NCBI GenBank assembly: GCA_963708295.1
Contig: CAVPSJ010000004.1
Coordinates: 608,001-672,000, forward strand
Source: an uncultured delta proteobacterium
GTDB taxonomy: Bacteria > Desulfobacterota > BSN033 > UBA1163
Reading direction: 5' to 3'
DNA: 64,000 bases
In this document: piece by piece, positions 41,319 to 51,891 of the stretch
Position numbering within the stretch: the first letter of the stretch is position 1
Layout: each line of letters opens with the position of its first letter
Made by a program: the position numbers and the translations under genes
Notes under the pieces: generated by a model
The model's input: the letters and a program-made list of their open reading frames with translations, nothing else
Databases searched by the model: none
Told to the model about the DNA's origin: nothing

Positions 41319-43791
41319 TCAGGCTGCCTTTCCGTAGAGAGCGGACTGGAGTTCGTGGACGGCTTGCTCAAAGCCGTTTCGTCCGCCGAATTTCTTGAGA
41401 AGTTCAATCGGAGTACCCATGGCGTCAAACGGGGCGACCTTCAGGATGCGCGGATCGTCAAGGTCAGTGACGCCTTCGTCCTGGTATTTCTGGAGCAGGG
41501 CTTCGAGCACGGCGCGGGCTTGCTCGCCGTACTTGGTGAAGACATCGCGCTTGCGGACATTCTCCGCCCGCTCACGCCGGGTGAGCGGCGGCTGGTCGAA
41601 GGCCACGTGGCAGATGAGGTCGAAGGGGTCGAGGTCCTTGCCCACTTCCTCGGCCAGCGGATCGAGCAGCAGGCCTTCATTCTCCAGTTCTTCGATGATG
41701 GCCTGCTTGCGCTCGGCTCCGTTCCAGCGTCTGAGGAACTCATCGAGGCTGGCGAAGCGCTTGCGGAGCGTCTTCTTCGAGTAGTCGCGCAGGCTCTCGG
41801 TGACCAGCTTGCCGTTTTCGTCGAGGTATTCGATACGCTCGGCCAGGATGCTGACCGGTTTGCCGCGAATGTAGTATTTCGCCGGCGGCTCCGCGACCCC
41901 CGGCGGGATGTTGATATCGGGCGGCTCGGAATCGACAATCACCTCTTCATCTTCGCCGGGTTTCGGGGGAATGGGCTCTTCCCCGTCGTCAGTCGGCGGC
42001 ACATCGTCCGGGGGTGCAACCGGATCATCCTCGCCCGGTTCGTAGATCTGCACCGGCTCGCCGTCGAAATCGGGGTCAGCGAAGTGGTTGGTGGCCTTGC
42101 GGAAGTCGATCAGGGTGAAGTAGTACTTCTTGGTGTCCTCGTGGACGCGTGTGCCGCGGCCCACGATCTGCTTGAACTCGGTCATCGATCCCACTTCGCG
42201 GTCGAGGACGATGAGGCGGCAGGTCTGGGCGTCGACACCGGTGGAGAGCAGGCGCGAGGTGGTGACGATGACCGGATACTTCGCTTCCGGGTCGATGAAG
42301 TTGCCGATCTGGGCGCAGCCTTCGGCGTCATCGCCGGTGATACGCATGACGTAGCGCTCGTTCTGCTGGACCAGGTCCGGGTTTTCGTTGATGAGGGCCT
42401 GCCGCATCCGCGCGGCGTGTTCGGTATCCACACAGAAGACGATGGTTTTCTGGAAGCGGTCGCCGCTTTCTTTGAGGAACTCGGTCACCTTCCGGGCGAC
42501 ACGCTTGGTGCGCTCGTCGATGACCAGATTACGGTCGAAGTCCTTCTGGTTGTAGATGCGGTCTTCGATCTCGTAGCCGTACTTGTCGGTTTCGCCCTGC
42601 TCAGGGCGGTAGCCCTCGACATCGACATCGAGGTGGACCTTGACCACCTTGTAGGGCGCGAGGAAGCCGTCGCGGATGCCTTCCTTCAGCGAGTAGCTGT
42701 ACACGGGTTTGCCGAAGTAGTGGATATTGGAGACGTATTCCGTCTCCTTCGGCGTGGCGGTGAGGCCGATCTGGGTGGCGGCGGAGAAGTAGTCGAGGAT
42801 CTCCCGCCAGGCGGAATCCTCTGCCGCGCTGCCCCGGTGACATTCGTCGATGACGATGAGGTCGAAAAAGTCGCGGGAGAGCTCCCGGTAGAGCTTCTGG
42901 CGTTCCTCGGGGCCGGTGATGGCCTGGTAGAGTGCAAGGTAAATCTCGTAGGAGGTGTCGATGCGCCGATGCTTCTTGTCTATCGCTGTCGGGAGTTGCA
43001 CTTCGGTGCCATCGTCGCGCTCGATGGTCTTCGAGCAGGTGCTGAGCTTCGCCATGGCGGCGCCGAAGGGGCGGAAGTCGTTCACCATCGTCTGGTCGAC
43101 GAGGACATTGCGGTCGGCAAGGAAGAGAATGCGCTTTCTTGCGACCTGCCTTCCACAGGCGCCAGATGATCTGGAAAGCGGTGTAGGTCTTGCCGGTGCC
43201 GGTGGCCATGACGAGGAGGATCCGGTCCTGCCCCTTGGCAATGGCTTCGATGGCCTTGTTGATGGCGATGCGCTGATAGTAACGCGGCTCCTTGCCACTG
43301 CTGTCCTCGAAGTAGTTCTGGAGGAAGACTTCCTCTTGCTCCGGGGCCAGGCCTTTCCATGCACGGTATTTCGACCAAAGGTCTTCGGGTGTCGGGAAGG
43401 CGTCGAGGGACAGCTCGGTTTCGGTCTGACCGCTCTGGCCGGTGCGGTCGTGGAAAAGGAACGCGTCACCGTTTGATGAGAAGACGAAGGGAATGTCGAG
43501 GGTCGCGGCATACTCGAGAGCCTGCTGCATGCCGTCGCCGACGGCGTAGTTGTTGTCTTTGGCCTCGATGAGGGCGATGGGGATGTTCGGCTTGTAGTAG
43601 AGAATGTAGTCGGCGCGCTTGGCCTTGCCGCGGGTGACCAGCCTGCCGCGGACGATGATCCGGCCTTTGGTGAACGAGACCTCCTCGCGAATTTGCGACA
43701 GGACATCCCAGCCCGCCTGCTTGACAGCGGGCGTGATGAACTTGGTGCAGATGTCGCGTTCGCTGAGGTTTTTCTTGTTCTCTAAGATCAT
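41319..43791 (-). CDS. hsdR: Type I R-M restriction subunit (EcoAI/EcoEI-like); frameshift near 43140
   Basis: [59 protein letters not shown]. Confidence 0.9.
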
Positions 43792-44352
43792 TGAGATCCT
43801 GTTGTGTAAAATCTGGGAGACGCTGCTCAATTCATTCGCTTCTTTTTGCGTTTCGGAAACTTCATCCACCCTCACCTTTCATACGTAAACAGAACGCATT
43901 GATAAACAGCGTGTAAGTGTTAGTGACCATGGTAAGTCATTTGAGACCAGACCAGAAGACAAAAAGCCTATTCGTTTTGGGAATAGGCTTTAATTTGGAC
44001 CAATCATTTTGGATACCCCACCCGGGTTTGCTCTATCAGAAAGACAACATACTGACAGTTTGGACTATTTTTAGATCTAACTGGGCGGGAAGTCAACAAA
44101 TAATTTCAAATGTCAGATTGCAGATTTCAAATTGGAAAAAACTAATTAAGGAATAGAGGATTTGCGGAGTGCCGATAGGAACAGCATGAGAAAAGAAGAG
44201 ACACAGACATCTCGATTGCGGAATGTGAATTTCCGATTACAGAAGAAAAAAGCAACCAGGGTCAGATCGCAACATACAATAGATCTTCTCTTTTATTCGA
44301 CTCAGGATTCCTCTTGCAGAATTGTTCCTTTCGCGACAGATTAAGAAAATGC

Positions 44353-44384
44353 TTGACATTTCAAAAGCATTTGTACATTATATG
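44353..44384 (+). promoter_or_regulatory. Sigma70-like promoter pointing at the small RNA and the DUF3800 3' end
   Basis: TTGACA at 44353-44358 followed by AT-rich TGTACATTATATG. Confidence 0.5.
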
Positions 44385-44390
44385 ATTAAT

Positions 44391-44445
44391 CCGATCATTC
44401 GGAGGTGGATGGCTTAGCCATCGAGGCCCGCAAGGGCCTTTTTTA
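44391..44445 (+). ncRNA. Candidate DUF3800-associated small structured RNA, convergent with the DUF3800 gene
   Basis: Hairpins CCGA-TCAT-TCGG, GATGGC-TTA-GCCATC, and AGGCCC-GCAA-GGGCCT followed by a T-run. Confidence 0.55.
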
Positions 44446-44453
44446 TTGCCCTC

Positions 44454-45233
44454 TTAGACAAATTTCTTTCCGAAACAACGTCCTCCTTGTTGATCGTATT
44501 TGGCTTGAAGGATCTTAATCACCTCCGTTCCAAAAGGAGATAGTTTTCCCAGGAATAAACCCTGCTCTCCTAGAATTTCATTTCGACTGGGATGTGCAAT
44601 CAGATCGGCAAGCTGCAACCCGGCAATATTATTGGCTTTTGTTTTTACCTTAAGTTGGCGGCTGGTCAACGATTTCCGAAATTCATCCGGAGCAACATAG
44701 TCCGTTCCATTTTGCCATAACCGTTCAAAAGAATCTTTCAACCTCCTATCTTCCTTGCCACCACGAGATTCCGCCATAGCATCACCCTGCGCATGGTTCC
44801 GATTCAAAAAAAAGACAAACCGCTCAAGCAACACCGCAAGACAGTAATGATAAGGATCATAACGCCATACCGTATACGTTTCTTTATGCTTCTTCTTGTC
44901 GAGACAGACTGAAATCACAGTATATTCCCAATGATTCATCAAACGCAGGAGGTCATGATTAAACGCTGCTCTCGTGCTTGGGTCCTTCAAACCTTCAAAA
45001 GGAGATTGAGCATTGACCATTTCTTTCCGGTGAAAAATGATCGGTTCATCCGGATGCGCTCGAAAGTATTTTTGCTTAACCTCCTCCATTTCGGGATGCA
45101 CGACTGCGGCAACATAACCAAGTTCGAGAATAACACCAGTAAGGCTCAAGAACTGATGGTTTGGATTTTCTGAGCTTTCAAGGTCCGGATTTCCGACTTC
45201 GTCAATATAAATGCGATATTTCATTCCATTCAA
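44454..45233 (-). CDS. DUF3800 domain protein (predicted RNase H-like fold)
   Basis: IYIDEVG, FLSLTGVI, AESRGGKED, GLQLADLIAHP. Confidence 0.8.
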   Translation of the reverse strand: MNGMKYRIYIDEVGNPDLESSENPNHQFLSLTGVILELGYVAAVVHPEMEEVKQKYFRAHPDEPIIFHRKEMVNAQSPFEGLKDPSTRAAFNHDLLRLMNHWEYTVISVCLDKKKHKETYTVWRYDPYHYCLAVLLERFVFFLNRNHAQGDAMAESRGGKEDRRLKDSFERLWQNGTDYVAPDEFRKSLTSRQLKVKTKANNIAGLQLADLIAHPSRNEILGEQGLFLGKLSPFGTEVIKILQAKYDQQGGRCFGKKFV

Positions 45234-45613
45234 TCTACCTGACTTGACCCTCTAGACCAAATAAAGGGTACGCCTTGGCTGCTTCACCAAGTCGTCTTTA
45301 TTGGGATAGACTTTATCAGACAGGCTTGGAATTGTTAACCTAAAAAGAGTGCAAACATACGCTTAACGCAAGTTTTCGGACGTTAATCGTAGTTGATCAT
45401 CTTTGGGGGACAATTTTGGTCATTTATTAGACCTAATCGGGGAGGAAGTCAATGATTAATTTCAAATTTCAAATTGAAAAAAAGTAACGGAGTGCGCCTG
45501 CCTACGCCAAAACTACGGAGGTCAAGAGGCTTGAGCAGGCAGGGATTGCGGAATGGAAAAGGCCAATTCAAAGATATATTGAAATTGTGATATATAGAGA
45601 AGAGGAGGAAAGA

Positions 45614-46806
45614 ATGGCTGGAGCGGAATCAATTCGCGAATCGGGCTTCTGCTGTTGCCACAGCGCAACGTTTCGGTTGCTCTGGATGCACATCGAGGGT
45701 TCATTATGGTATTAATGGCGATTGATCACGCGAGCTACTTTATCGCCCGCGTCCATTCGGCGGAATTCTGGGGAATCGCGTTGCCGGTCTATCCGAATGC
45801 ACTCTGGTTTTGGACACGCTGGATCACGCATCTCTGCGCACCGGGTTTCTTTTTCCTGATGGGTATTGGAATGATACTTTTTGCAGACGCCCGCCGCCAG
45901 GCAGGATGGGAGGAAGGTCGAATCACCCGGTTTTTTGTCATCCGTGGGCTTCTACTGATCTTCCTGCAATTGTTCGTGGAGGATCCTGCCTGGATACTGG
46001 GCGACCTGTCGGCGGGCGCCGGTGTTATGGTCATCCGAGGCGGGGTGCCCGGAGGAGGCACTGAGGGTATGATTTATCTCGGGGTACTATTTGCACTCGG
46101 CGGGGTTATGGTTTTTTGGGGCTTCATGCGGAGAGTGTCATTTTGGTTCATCGGTTTGATTAGCCTCGTTGCCGTATTGGTCACGCAGTTAGTGATGCCT
46201 GGCCCGGATCACGCAGCTACTCTCTATCCACCCTTGTTAAGGTTATTGATTATCCCAGGACATACCAACATCTGGCAGATATTCTATCCCGTGGTGCCCT
46301 GGCTGGGAGTGACTGGACTGGGACTGCTCTTTGGCGAACTTTTGAAAAGGGATACACACCGGGCTGGACGAGTAGCCGGCTGGACAGGTTTGGGGTTCTT
46401 GGTCCTTTTTGTGATTGTCCGGATCACCGGGGGATTTGGCAATCTCAATGAAGTGCCGCCAGGATGGATGGGTTTTTTAAACGTGATCAAGTATCCGCCC
46501 AGTCTGGCTTTTTTGACGATGACGCTGGGAATCAATCTCTTGTTAATGGGTCTGTGGGGGTGGGCCGACCTACGTCTTAAAAGCCGATATCATCCCTTGC
46601 TGGTATTTGGCCGGGTGGCGCTATTTTTTTATCTGCTGCATCTTTGGGTTTACAGTCTGCTCGGACTGTTCTTTAAGGCGGGTAGTGGTTTGGTGACGAT
46701 GTATGGCTGCTGGTTGTTGGGACTGGTGATCTTATACCCATTCTGTTACGGGTATAATCGTTTCAAAGGCCACAAATCGCTGACCTCCCTCTGGCGGTTC
46801 TTCTAA
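45614..46806 (+). CDS. DUF1624 / HGSNAT-like membrane acyltransferase; probable frameshift between the RBS-associated ATG (45614) and 45655
   Basis: LDAHRG..MVLMAIDH, TRWITHLCAPGFFFLMG, KYPPSL, FFYLLH. Confidence 0.8.
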
Positions 46807-46956
46807 TTCGCTTCAGTTCTCTTGACCTTTCTTCGAAACAGGCGTTTGCGAAGCGGAGAAACGGAGATGGGGAGACATAAGATCAGATGGGGAGATCGGG
46901 AGATGAGGCGATGGGGAGAAATCTCAAAATGCGGAATGTGGAGTGCAGGGGAGGAA

Positions 46957-47418
46957 CTATGACGTGTGAGGTTTCAAGAATTTGTCGAGGATGAGGATAT
47001 CGATTTCTTTCACCCGTTCAAAAATCTTATCGTTGGTCAAGAAAGCAGTGGCTCCGTGCAGAATGGCCGTGGCAAGCTGGATCGCATCCGGTGTTTTGAT
47101 CCGGTCCGCTGATCGCACGTCAGAAGCTTTTCGCGCTACGTCCAATCCCATCTCGTAGAAGGTTAGGTTGGGAAAGGTGGTCAGATAGTATTCGTAATCC
47201 AGGGCAACCTGCGGAAGACCCTCTGCTTTAGGCTTAGCCAGGATCTCCATCAGTGTCAGATAGGATGTGACTCCCTTATTGATTCCATTTTCCAAACCAT
47301 TGAAGATCATTTCTGTAAGAGGAGAATAGCGAGGGTGATCCTCAAGGTGGTAGATAAACACCGAGGTGTCTAACCCGATGACCGGGTGACTTTTGAGGAA
47401 ATCCTTCAGCGCTTTCAT
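46957..47418 (-). CDS. VapC-family PIN toxin
   Basis: IGLDTSVFIYHL, KTPDAIQLATA, FLTND. Confidence 0.88.
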   Translation of the reverse strand: MKALKDFLKSHPVIGLDTSVFIYHLEDHPRYSPLTEMIFNGLENGINKGVTSYLTLMEILAKPKAEGLPQVALDYEYYLTTFPNLTFYEMGLDVARKASDVRSADRIKTPDAIQLATAILHGATAFLTNDKIFERVKEIDILILDKFLKPHTS

Positions 47419-47657
47419 TTTTCTTCCCAGGCCTTCCTCTCTTTTCTGATATACTCCGTAGCATCCATTCCTTCCCAGACATCCTTATGTAACCCACGCA
47501 GATGCTTCGCATAGCTTTTCGGTTTCGGCTTCAGAACAAGGCTATCTTTCTCCACGTCAAGGATCAAACGATCCCCCGGACCGATGGCCAACTTCTTACG
47601 GGCTGCCTTCGGAATGACGATCTGGTTCTTACTGCTGAGGATGACCACTGCCTTCAT
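47415..47657 (-). CDS. AbrB/MazE-family antitoxin
   Basis: LSSKNQIVIPKAARKKL; operator-like TTTACTTT-N7-AAAGTAAA at 47684-47706. Confidence 0.88.
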   Translation of the reverse strand: MKAVVILSSKNQIVIPKAARKKLAIGPGDRLILDVEKDSLVLKPKPKSYAKHLRGLHKDVWEGMDATEYIRKERKAWEEK

Positions 47658-48048
47658 AGAATTCTCCCTTTTCAGAATATCTATTTACTTTTTATCACAA
47701 AGTAAAACAAAAATCAATATAGTTTTACTTTTTCTTAGAAATGGATACATTTCTCGATGTAAACAAGGTGCTGGTTGGGCGCTGGCATTCTACCCATTCC
47801 TTGACAAGGGAAAAAGGATGACTAATTTTTAATTGAGGGAATAGAGTGTCCTCTCTAAGGGGGGGTATATCCATTCCCTTTTTTTGGAGAGTCTTGCTCG
47901 GCCTAAATTTTTGATCTATGTGGAACGGAACAGAAACAACAGACATGGTCAGGAGCTTTCATGGGTATTCGCGAAACGTTCAAGATGCTGTTTGCGTAGG
48001 TGTAAGAGATGCTGAGGTGAGAGAAGAAAGAAGGGCATCGTTAACAGG

Positions 48049-49080
48049 ATGAGTGAGGGTCGTCCCATGCATAGAAGGGGTACAAAAGCTAAAATCGCTT
48101 TCGTTGCATTCCTGGTAGGCGGTATTACGTTTGCTCATTACTTTACTGAATGGAATGTGCACCATTATCATATTTTTTATCAGGGCCTCTATTTTCTTCC
48201 TGTGATCCTTGCAGGATTTTGGTTTGGCCTGCGAGGTGCCCTGGCCGCATCTCTAATCATCACGATACTTTATCTCCCCTTCACGGTGATTCACTGGAAT
48301 GGCTTCTCGGCCGATGATTTCAATAGTGTCATGGAAATGGTATTGTACAACGTCGTTGCTTTGATTCTGGGAACGCTGAGAGACCGAGAGGCCGCCGTGC
48401 AGAGGCGCCTTCGGGAGTCCGAGGGGTTGGCTTCCATGGGGAAAATGGTTTCTTGTTTGGCCCATGACCTGAAAACCCCGCTGATTGCTATCGGTGGCTT
48501 TGCCCGCCTTGTACAAAAAAGCGTCGAGAAGAAGGATTTCTCTTTTGAGGGAAAATTAGACATCATTGTTAAAGAAACGATCCGGTTGAGAAGAATGATA
48601 GAGGAAATGCTGGATTTTTCTCGGCCGCTGGAATTGCGCCTAACTCAAGGAAACGTGGAAAACATCGTGAACCAGTCCTTAGCCATCCTCTCAGATTTGC
48701 CCAATGCAAAAAAGGTGAAATTTCAGAATATGGGCCGACAGGATCTTCCTTTGATAGTTCTTGATTCCGATAGAATGAAGCAGGCCCTCATCAATTTGCT
48801 AACGAACGCACTGGAGGCATCCCCTGAAGATGGAACGGTTGCGATTGATTGCTACCAAGAGAAAAGAAAGCTTATTATCGATATAAAAGACCAGGGTAGC
48901 GGAATCCCGATGAGTAAAAGAGAAGAGATTTTTTGTCCTTTTTTTACTACCAAGGAAGGAGGAACGGGATTGGGACTCCCTATCGCGAAAAAGATTATCG
49001 AAGCTCACCAAGGATATCTGGAAGCCATCGAAAATTCCGGTAAGGGGGCTATTTTTAGAGTGACCCTCCCTTTTTTGTGA
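48049..49080 (+). CDS. Membrane sensor histidine kinase
   Basis: N-terminal TM helices, LAHDLKTPL, NLLTNA, DQGSG, FFTTKEGGTGLGL. Confidence 0.9.
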   Translation: MSEGRPMHRRGTKAKIAFVAFLVGGITFAHYFTEWNVHHYHIFYQGLYFLPVILAGFWFGLRGALAASLIITILYLPFTVIHWNGFSADDFNSVMEMVLYNVVALILGTLRDREAAVQRRLRESEGLASMGKMVSCLAHDLKTPLIAIGGFARLVQKSVEKKDFSFEGKLDIIVKETIRLRRMIEEMLDFSRPLELRLTQGNVENIVNQSLAILSDLPNAKKVKFQNMGRQDLPLIVLDSDRMKQALINLLTNALEASPEDGTVAIDCYQEKRKLIIDIKDQGSGIPMSKREEIFCPFFTTKEGGTGLGLPIAKKIIEAHQGYLEAIENSGKGAIFRVTLPFL

Positions 49081-49330
49081 TATCAAAACGACAAGTTACT
49101 ATTTCAACCTGAATCGGACGTGAATTTCCGTTCGCGCCCATACGGGTGATAGGGCGACGAAAAAAATAAACCAGGGAAGCGGAGACGTTTCAAATTGCGG
49201 AATTCGGAGTGCGGATTGCGGAATGGAAAAACTTAATTCAAAGATAAGAAGATAAGCAGAGGGATATGATATAATGATTTTGGAAGGTGTGCTGCAAAGG
49301 GAATCTTGTTTCTAGGAAGGAGGTGATTTT

Positions 49331-49627
49331 ATGCCAATTTATCTGATGCTCACCACTCTAACCGATGAAGGGCGGAAGACAATAAAAGAGAAACCGAGTA
49401 GGATCAAACAAGTTAACAAGGAAGTAGAGAAGATGGGGGTTAAGATTCTTAGCCAGTACGCTCTCTTGGGCGCTTATGATTTCGTGAACATCCTGGAGGC
49501 TCCTGATAACCAGACGATAGCCAGAGTGGCATTAGAATTGGGGTCCAGGGGAGCTTTGAATACGACAACACTTGCGGCCCTATCCATTGATGAATTTATC
49601 AATGCAATGAAAAAGAAAAAAAGATGA
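49331..49627 (+). CDS. GYD-domain protein
   Basis: YLMLTTLTDEG, YALLGAYDFVNILEAPD. Confidence 0.85.
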   Translation: MPIYLMLTTLTDEGRKTIKEKPSRIKQVNKEVEKMGVKILSQYALLGAYDFVNILEAPDNQTIARVALELGSRGALNTTTLAALSIDEFINAMKKKKR

Positions 49628-49742
49628 AGAATCGTTCGATGGTCTCTTCATCTGATTTCGGCACACCTTGCACGGTATGCCGGAGAGCATGGCAACCCCT
49701 TGCTCTGTAAGGCATAAGATCGATACCGGCGCCCTCCTTACT

Positions 49743-49773
49743 GACTTGAGGTGCCAAAATGGCACCTCAAGTC
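49743..49773. terminator. Perfect 14-bp inverted repeat between convergent genes
   Basis: GACTTGAGGTGCCA-AAA-TGGCACCTCAAGTC; no long T-run. Confidence 0.4.
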
Positions 49774-49931
49774 TTCGAATTGCGCCTGCCTACCGGAAGC
49801 AGGGAGTGCGGATTCCGGAATGAAGCGGGCGAAAAACTCGCAAGGGCGCATGGCTGTGCCCGAGCTGAGCAAGCTGTTTGACGGACGGAGTACAGCCCAT
49901 CACCTTAATACGGGTCAGGACATTTCCGATT

Positions 49932-50123
49932 TTACGGGCTCTTTTTCGACAACGGAATTCCTCCATCGCCTATGTTTTCTTTTGGAATCTCGAGGAGGAT
50001 GATATGAACCCGATCCGCCGAAACCTCAAGTGCCTCGACAATGGCATCCGTCACTTTCTTAATTAATCGCTCTTTCTTCTCCGGCGGCCTTCCTGCGATC
50101 ATGCTGATGTGAACAATGGGCAT
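49932..50123 (-). CDS. 4-oxalocrotonate tautomerase family protein
   Basis: N-terminal catalytic Pro (MPIV), GR..EKK..LI..VT, GDGG. Confidence 0.9.
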   Translation of the reverse strand: MPIVHISMIAGRPPEKKERLIKKVTDAIVEALEVSADRVHIILLEIPKENIGDGGIPLSKKSP

Positions 50124-50214
50124 CTTCTTCTCCTCCTTTAGGAAATGTGTCCGTGACCGTGGTCCGTGTCCGCAAATTCATCATGGGTTCACCCTCGTCC
50201 AATATAAAACCCTT

Positions 50215-50439
50215 TCACCGCCGAGGCGCGGAGGACGCAGAGGATACATTTTTTATTTGGCCGAAAGATACCGCCAAACAAAAAGCCTTCTTTCATATCA
50301 AAACATACAGGTTCCTGGTCCCAAAACTTTGAAATACGGTCTGTATTATTCCCGACGGGTGGGAGTTTATGATCCAATCGCCTTCTCCCGATTGGATCAT
50401 AAGAACGTCTTCTCCGCGTCCTCTGCGCCTCTGCGGTGA
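50215..50439. repeat. MITE-like repeat family B (CGCAGAG-type ends; copies 51639-51796, 54430-54657)
   Basis: Ends TCACCGC..AG.CGC.GAG..CGCAGAG / CTCTGCG.CTCTGCGGTGA; shared inner hairpin GATCC.ATCG...TCTCCCGA.TGGATC. Confidence 0.7.
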
Positions 50440-50454
50440 GAATCCTATCTTCGT

Positions 50455-51474
50455 TTATTGGATAATCCTGTCTGCCTTCTTCAATAACTCCGGAGGGATA
50501 ATCGCGCCTTGTGCCCGGGCGGCTTTCTCGTTAATCAGAAGGACCAGTTTTTCACCGGAATCCCAGGGGATATCTCCCGGTTTTTCCCCTTTTAGGATCC
50601 GAACCGCTTTCTTCCCCGCAGAATGACCGATTTGAAAATAATCCCATCCATAAGCAGCGATGGCCCCCGCGGTGACACACTTGAGATCACCCCCGAAGAG
50701 CGGGATTTTCTTTTGATTACAGACCTTCACAATGACCTCGAACGAAGACAGGGCGACATGGTCATACGTGATGTAAATGGTCTGAACTTTTCCGACGAGA
50801 AATTGAGCAGCGGGGAAGACCTCATCATCTTGAGAGATACTCACTTCGATCAGCTCCACGCCTAACTTCCTGGCAGCCGGCCGCATCTCTTTGATGTAAA
50901 TGAGGGATCTGGGATCTCCTGCGTTATAAATCGTCCCCCATTTTTTTGCCTTGGGAATGAATTTGGTGTACATCTCGAACTGCAGAGTCACAGGCCATCG
51001 ATCGCTCACGCCCGTGACATTGGTTCCGGTTCTTGTCCCCAGGGGTTTTTTTCTGGGGATGAGTCCGGCATAGACGGGTTCCGTTACGGAGGAGAAGACA
51101 ATAGGAACATCTTTAATAATTTTCATCACCGCCCGTGAAGAGGGGGTGCCGATGCTGTGGATCAGATCTACATCTGAATTCATGAACTTCTCGGCGATCG
51201 TTTGAGTACGATTGACGTCTCCCTGTGCGTTATGCCGATCATAGGAAACATGCGTGCCCTCTTTGAACCCCGCCTCGGCCAGGGCCTTCTCGAACCCTTT
51301 GGCATCCGCATCGAAGTCCGGGTAGGAAGCGGTCTGGGTCACGCCGATTCTAGGGATGATCTTTTTAGTTATTTTCCCCTGGGCAAAGGAAAAGGTTGGG
51401 GAGACAACGAGTAACAGGATTAAAATAGAGCGCAGGTTTTTCGACATCATGAAATTGTTTTTCCAATGCCTCAA
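50455..51474 (-). CDS. ABC transporter substrate-binding protein (ABC_sub_bind type), stand-alone
   Basis: NAQGD, IGTPS, PIVFSSVT.P, NVTGVSD, ILKGEKPGDIP, LLINEKAA. Confidence 0.85.
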   Translation of the reverse strand: MRHWKNNFMMSKNLRSILILLLVVSPTFSFAQGKITKKIIPRIGVTQTASYPDFDADAKGFEKALAEAGFKEGTHVSYDRHNAQGDVNRTQTIAEKFMNSDVDLIHSIGTPSSRAVMKIIKDVPIVFSSVTEPVYAGLIPRKKPLGTRTGTNVTGVSDRWPVTLQFEMYTKFIPKAKKWGTIYNAGDPRSLIYIKEMRPAARKLGVELIEVSISQDDEVFPAAQFLVGKVQTIYITYDHVALSSFEVIVKVCNQKKIPLFGGDLKCVTAGAIAAYGWDYFQIGHSAGKKAVRILKGEKPGDIPWDSGEKLVLLINEKAARAQGAIIPPELLKKADRIIQ

Positions 51475-51891
51475 AGATGACGCTCAACGCATAACGCTAT
51501 CTATCGGGGATTTCTCTTCGCAACCGAGGTTAGCAAAAAAATACCACCTTTTCAGCCACCTGTCAATTTGCCCCTTCATTCCGGCAAATTGATTTCATTG
51601 GACCTTTGGATTAGATTCGGCGTTTCCTAAAATCAGGTTCACCGCTGAGCCGCAGAGAGCGCAGAGTGAGATTCTGTTCCGATCCAGTCGGGAGACGGCG
51701 ATTGGATCAGAAACCTCATTCCTACGGGACGGCAAAAGGCCCAAGAAACTCTGATGACTCTGCATTCCCTCCGCGTCCTCTGCGCCTCCGCAGTGAGAAT
51801 CCTATTTTGGACAAGCATGATCCAGCAAGTCTTCGTGAATTAGTTGGCCTGTCTCTTGAAGAGTATTCCGAATTGCGATAAGTTAACCGAC

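Noticed and set aside
41283-43169. 628-aa + strand ORF, and similar long overlapping ORFs at 39783-40724, 14657-15547 and 61163-61996
   Set aside because: Antisense shadows of well-supported genes (hsdR, hsdM, ABC-F, sigma54 activator) with no motifs of their own
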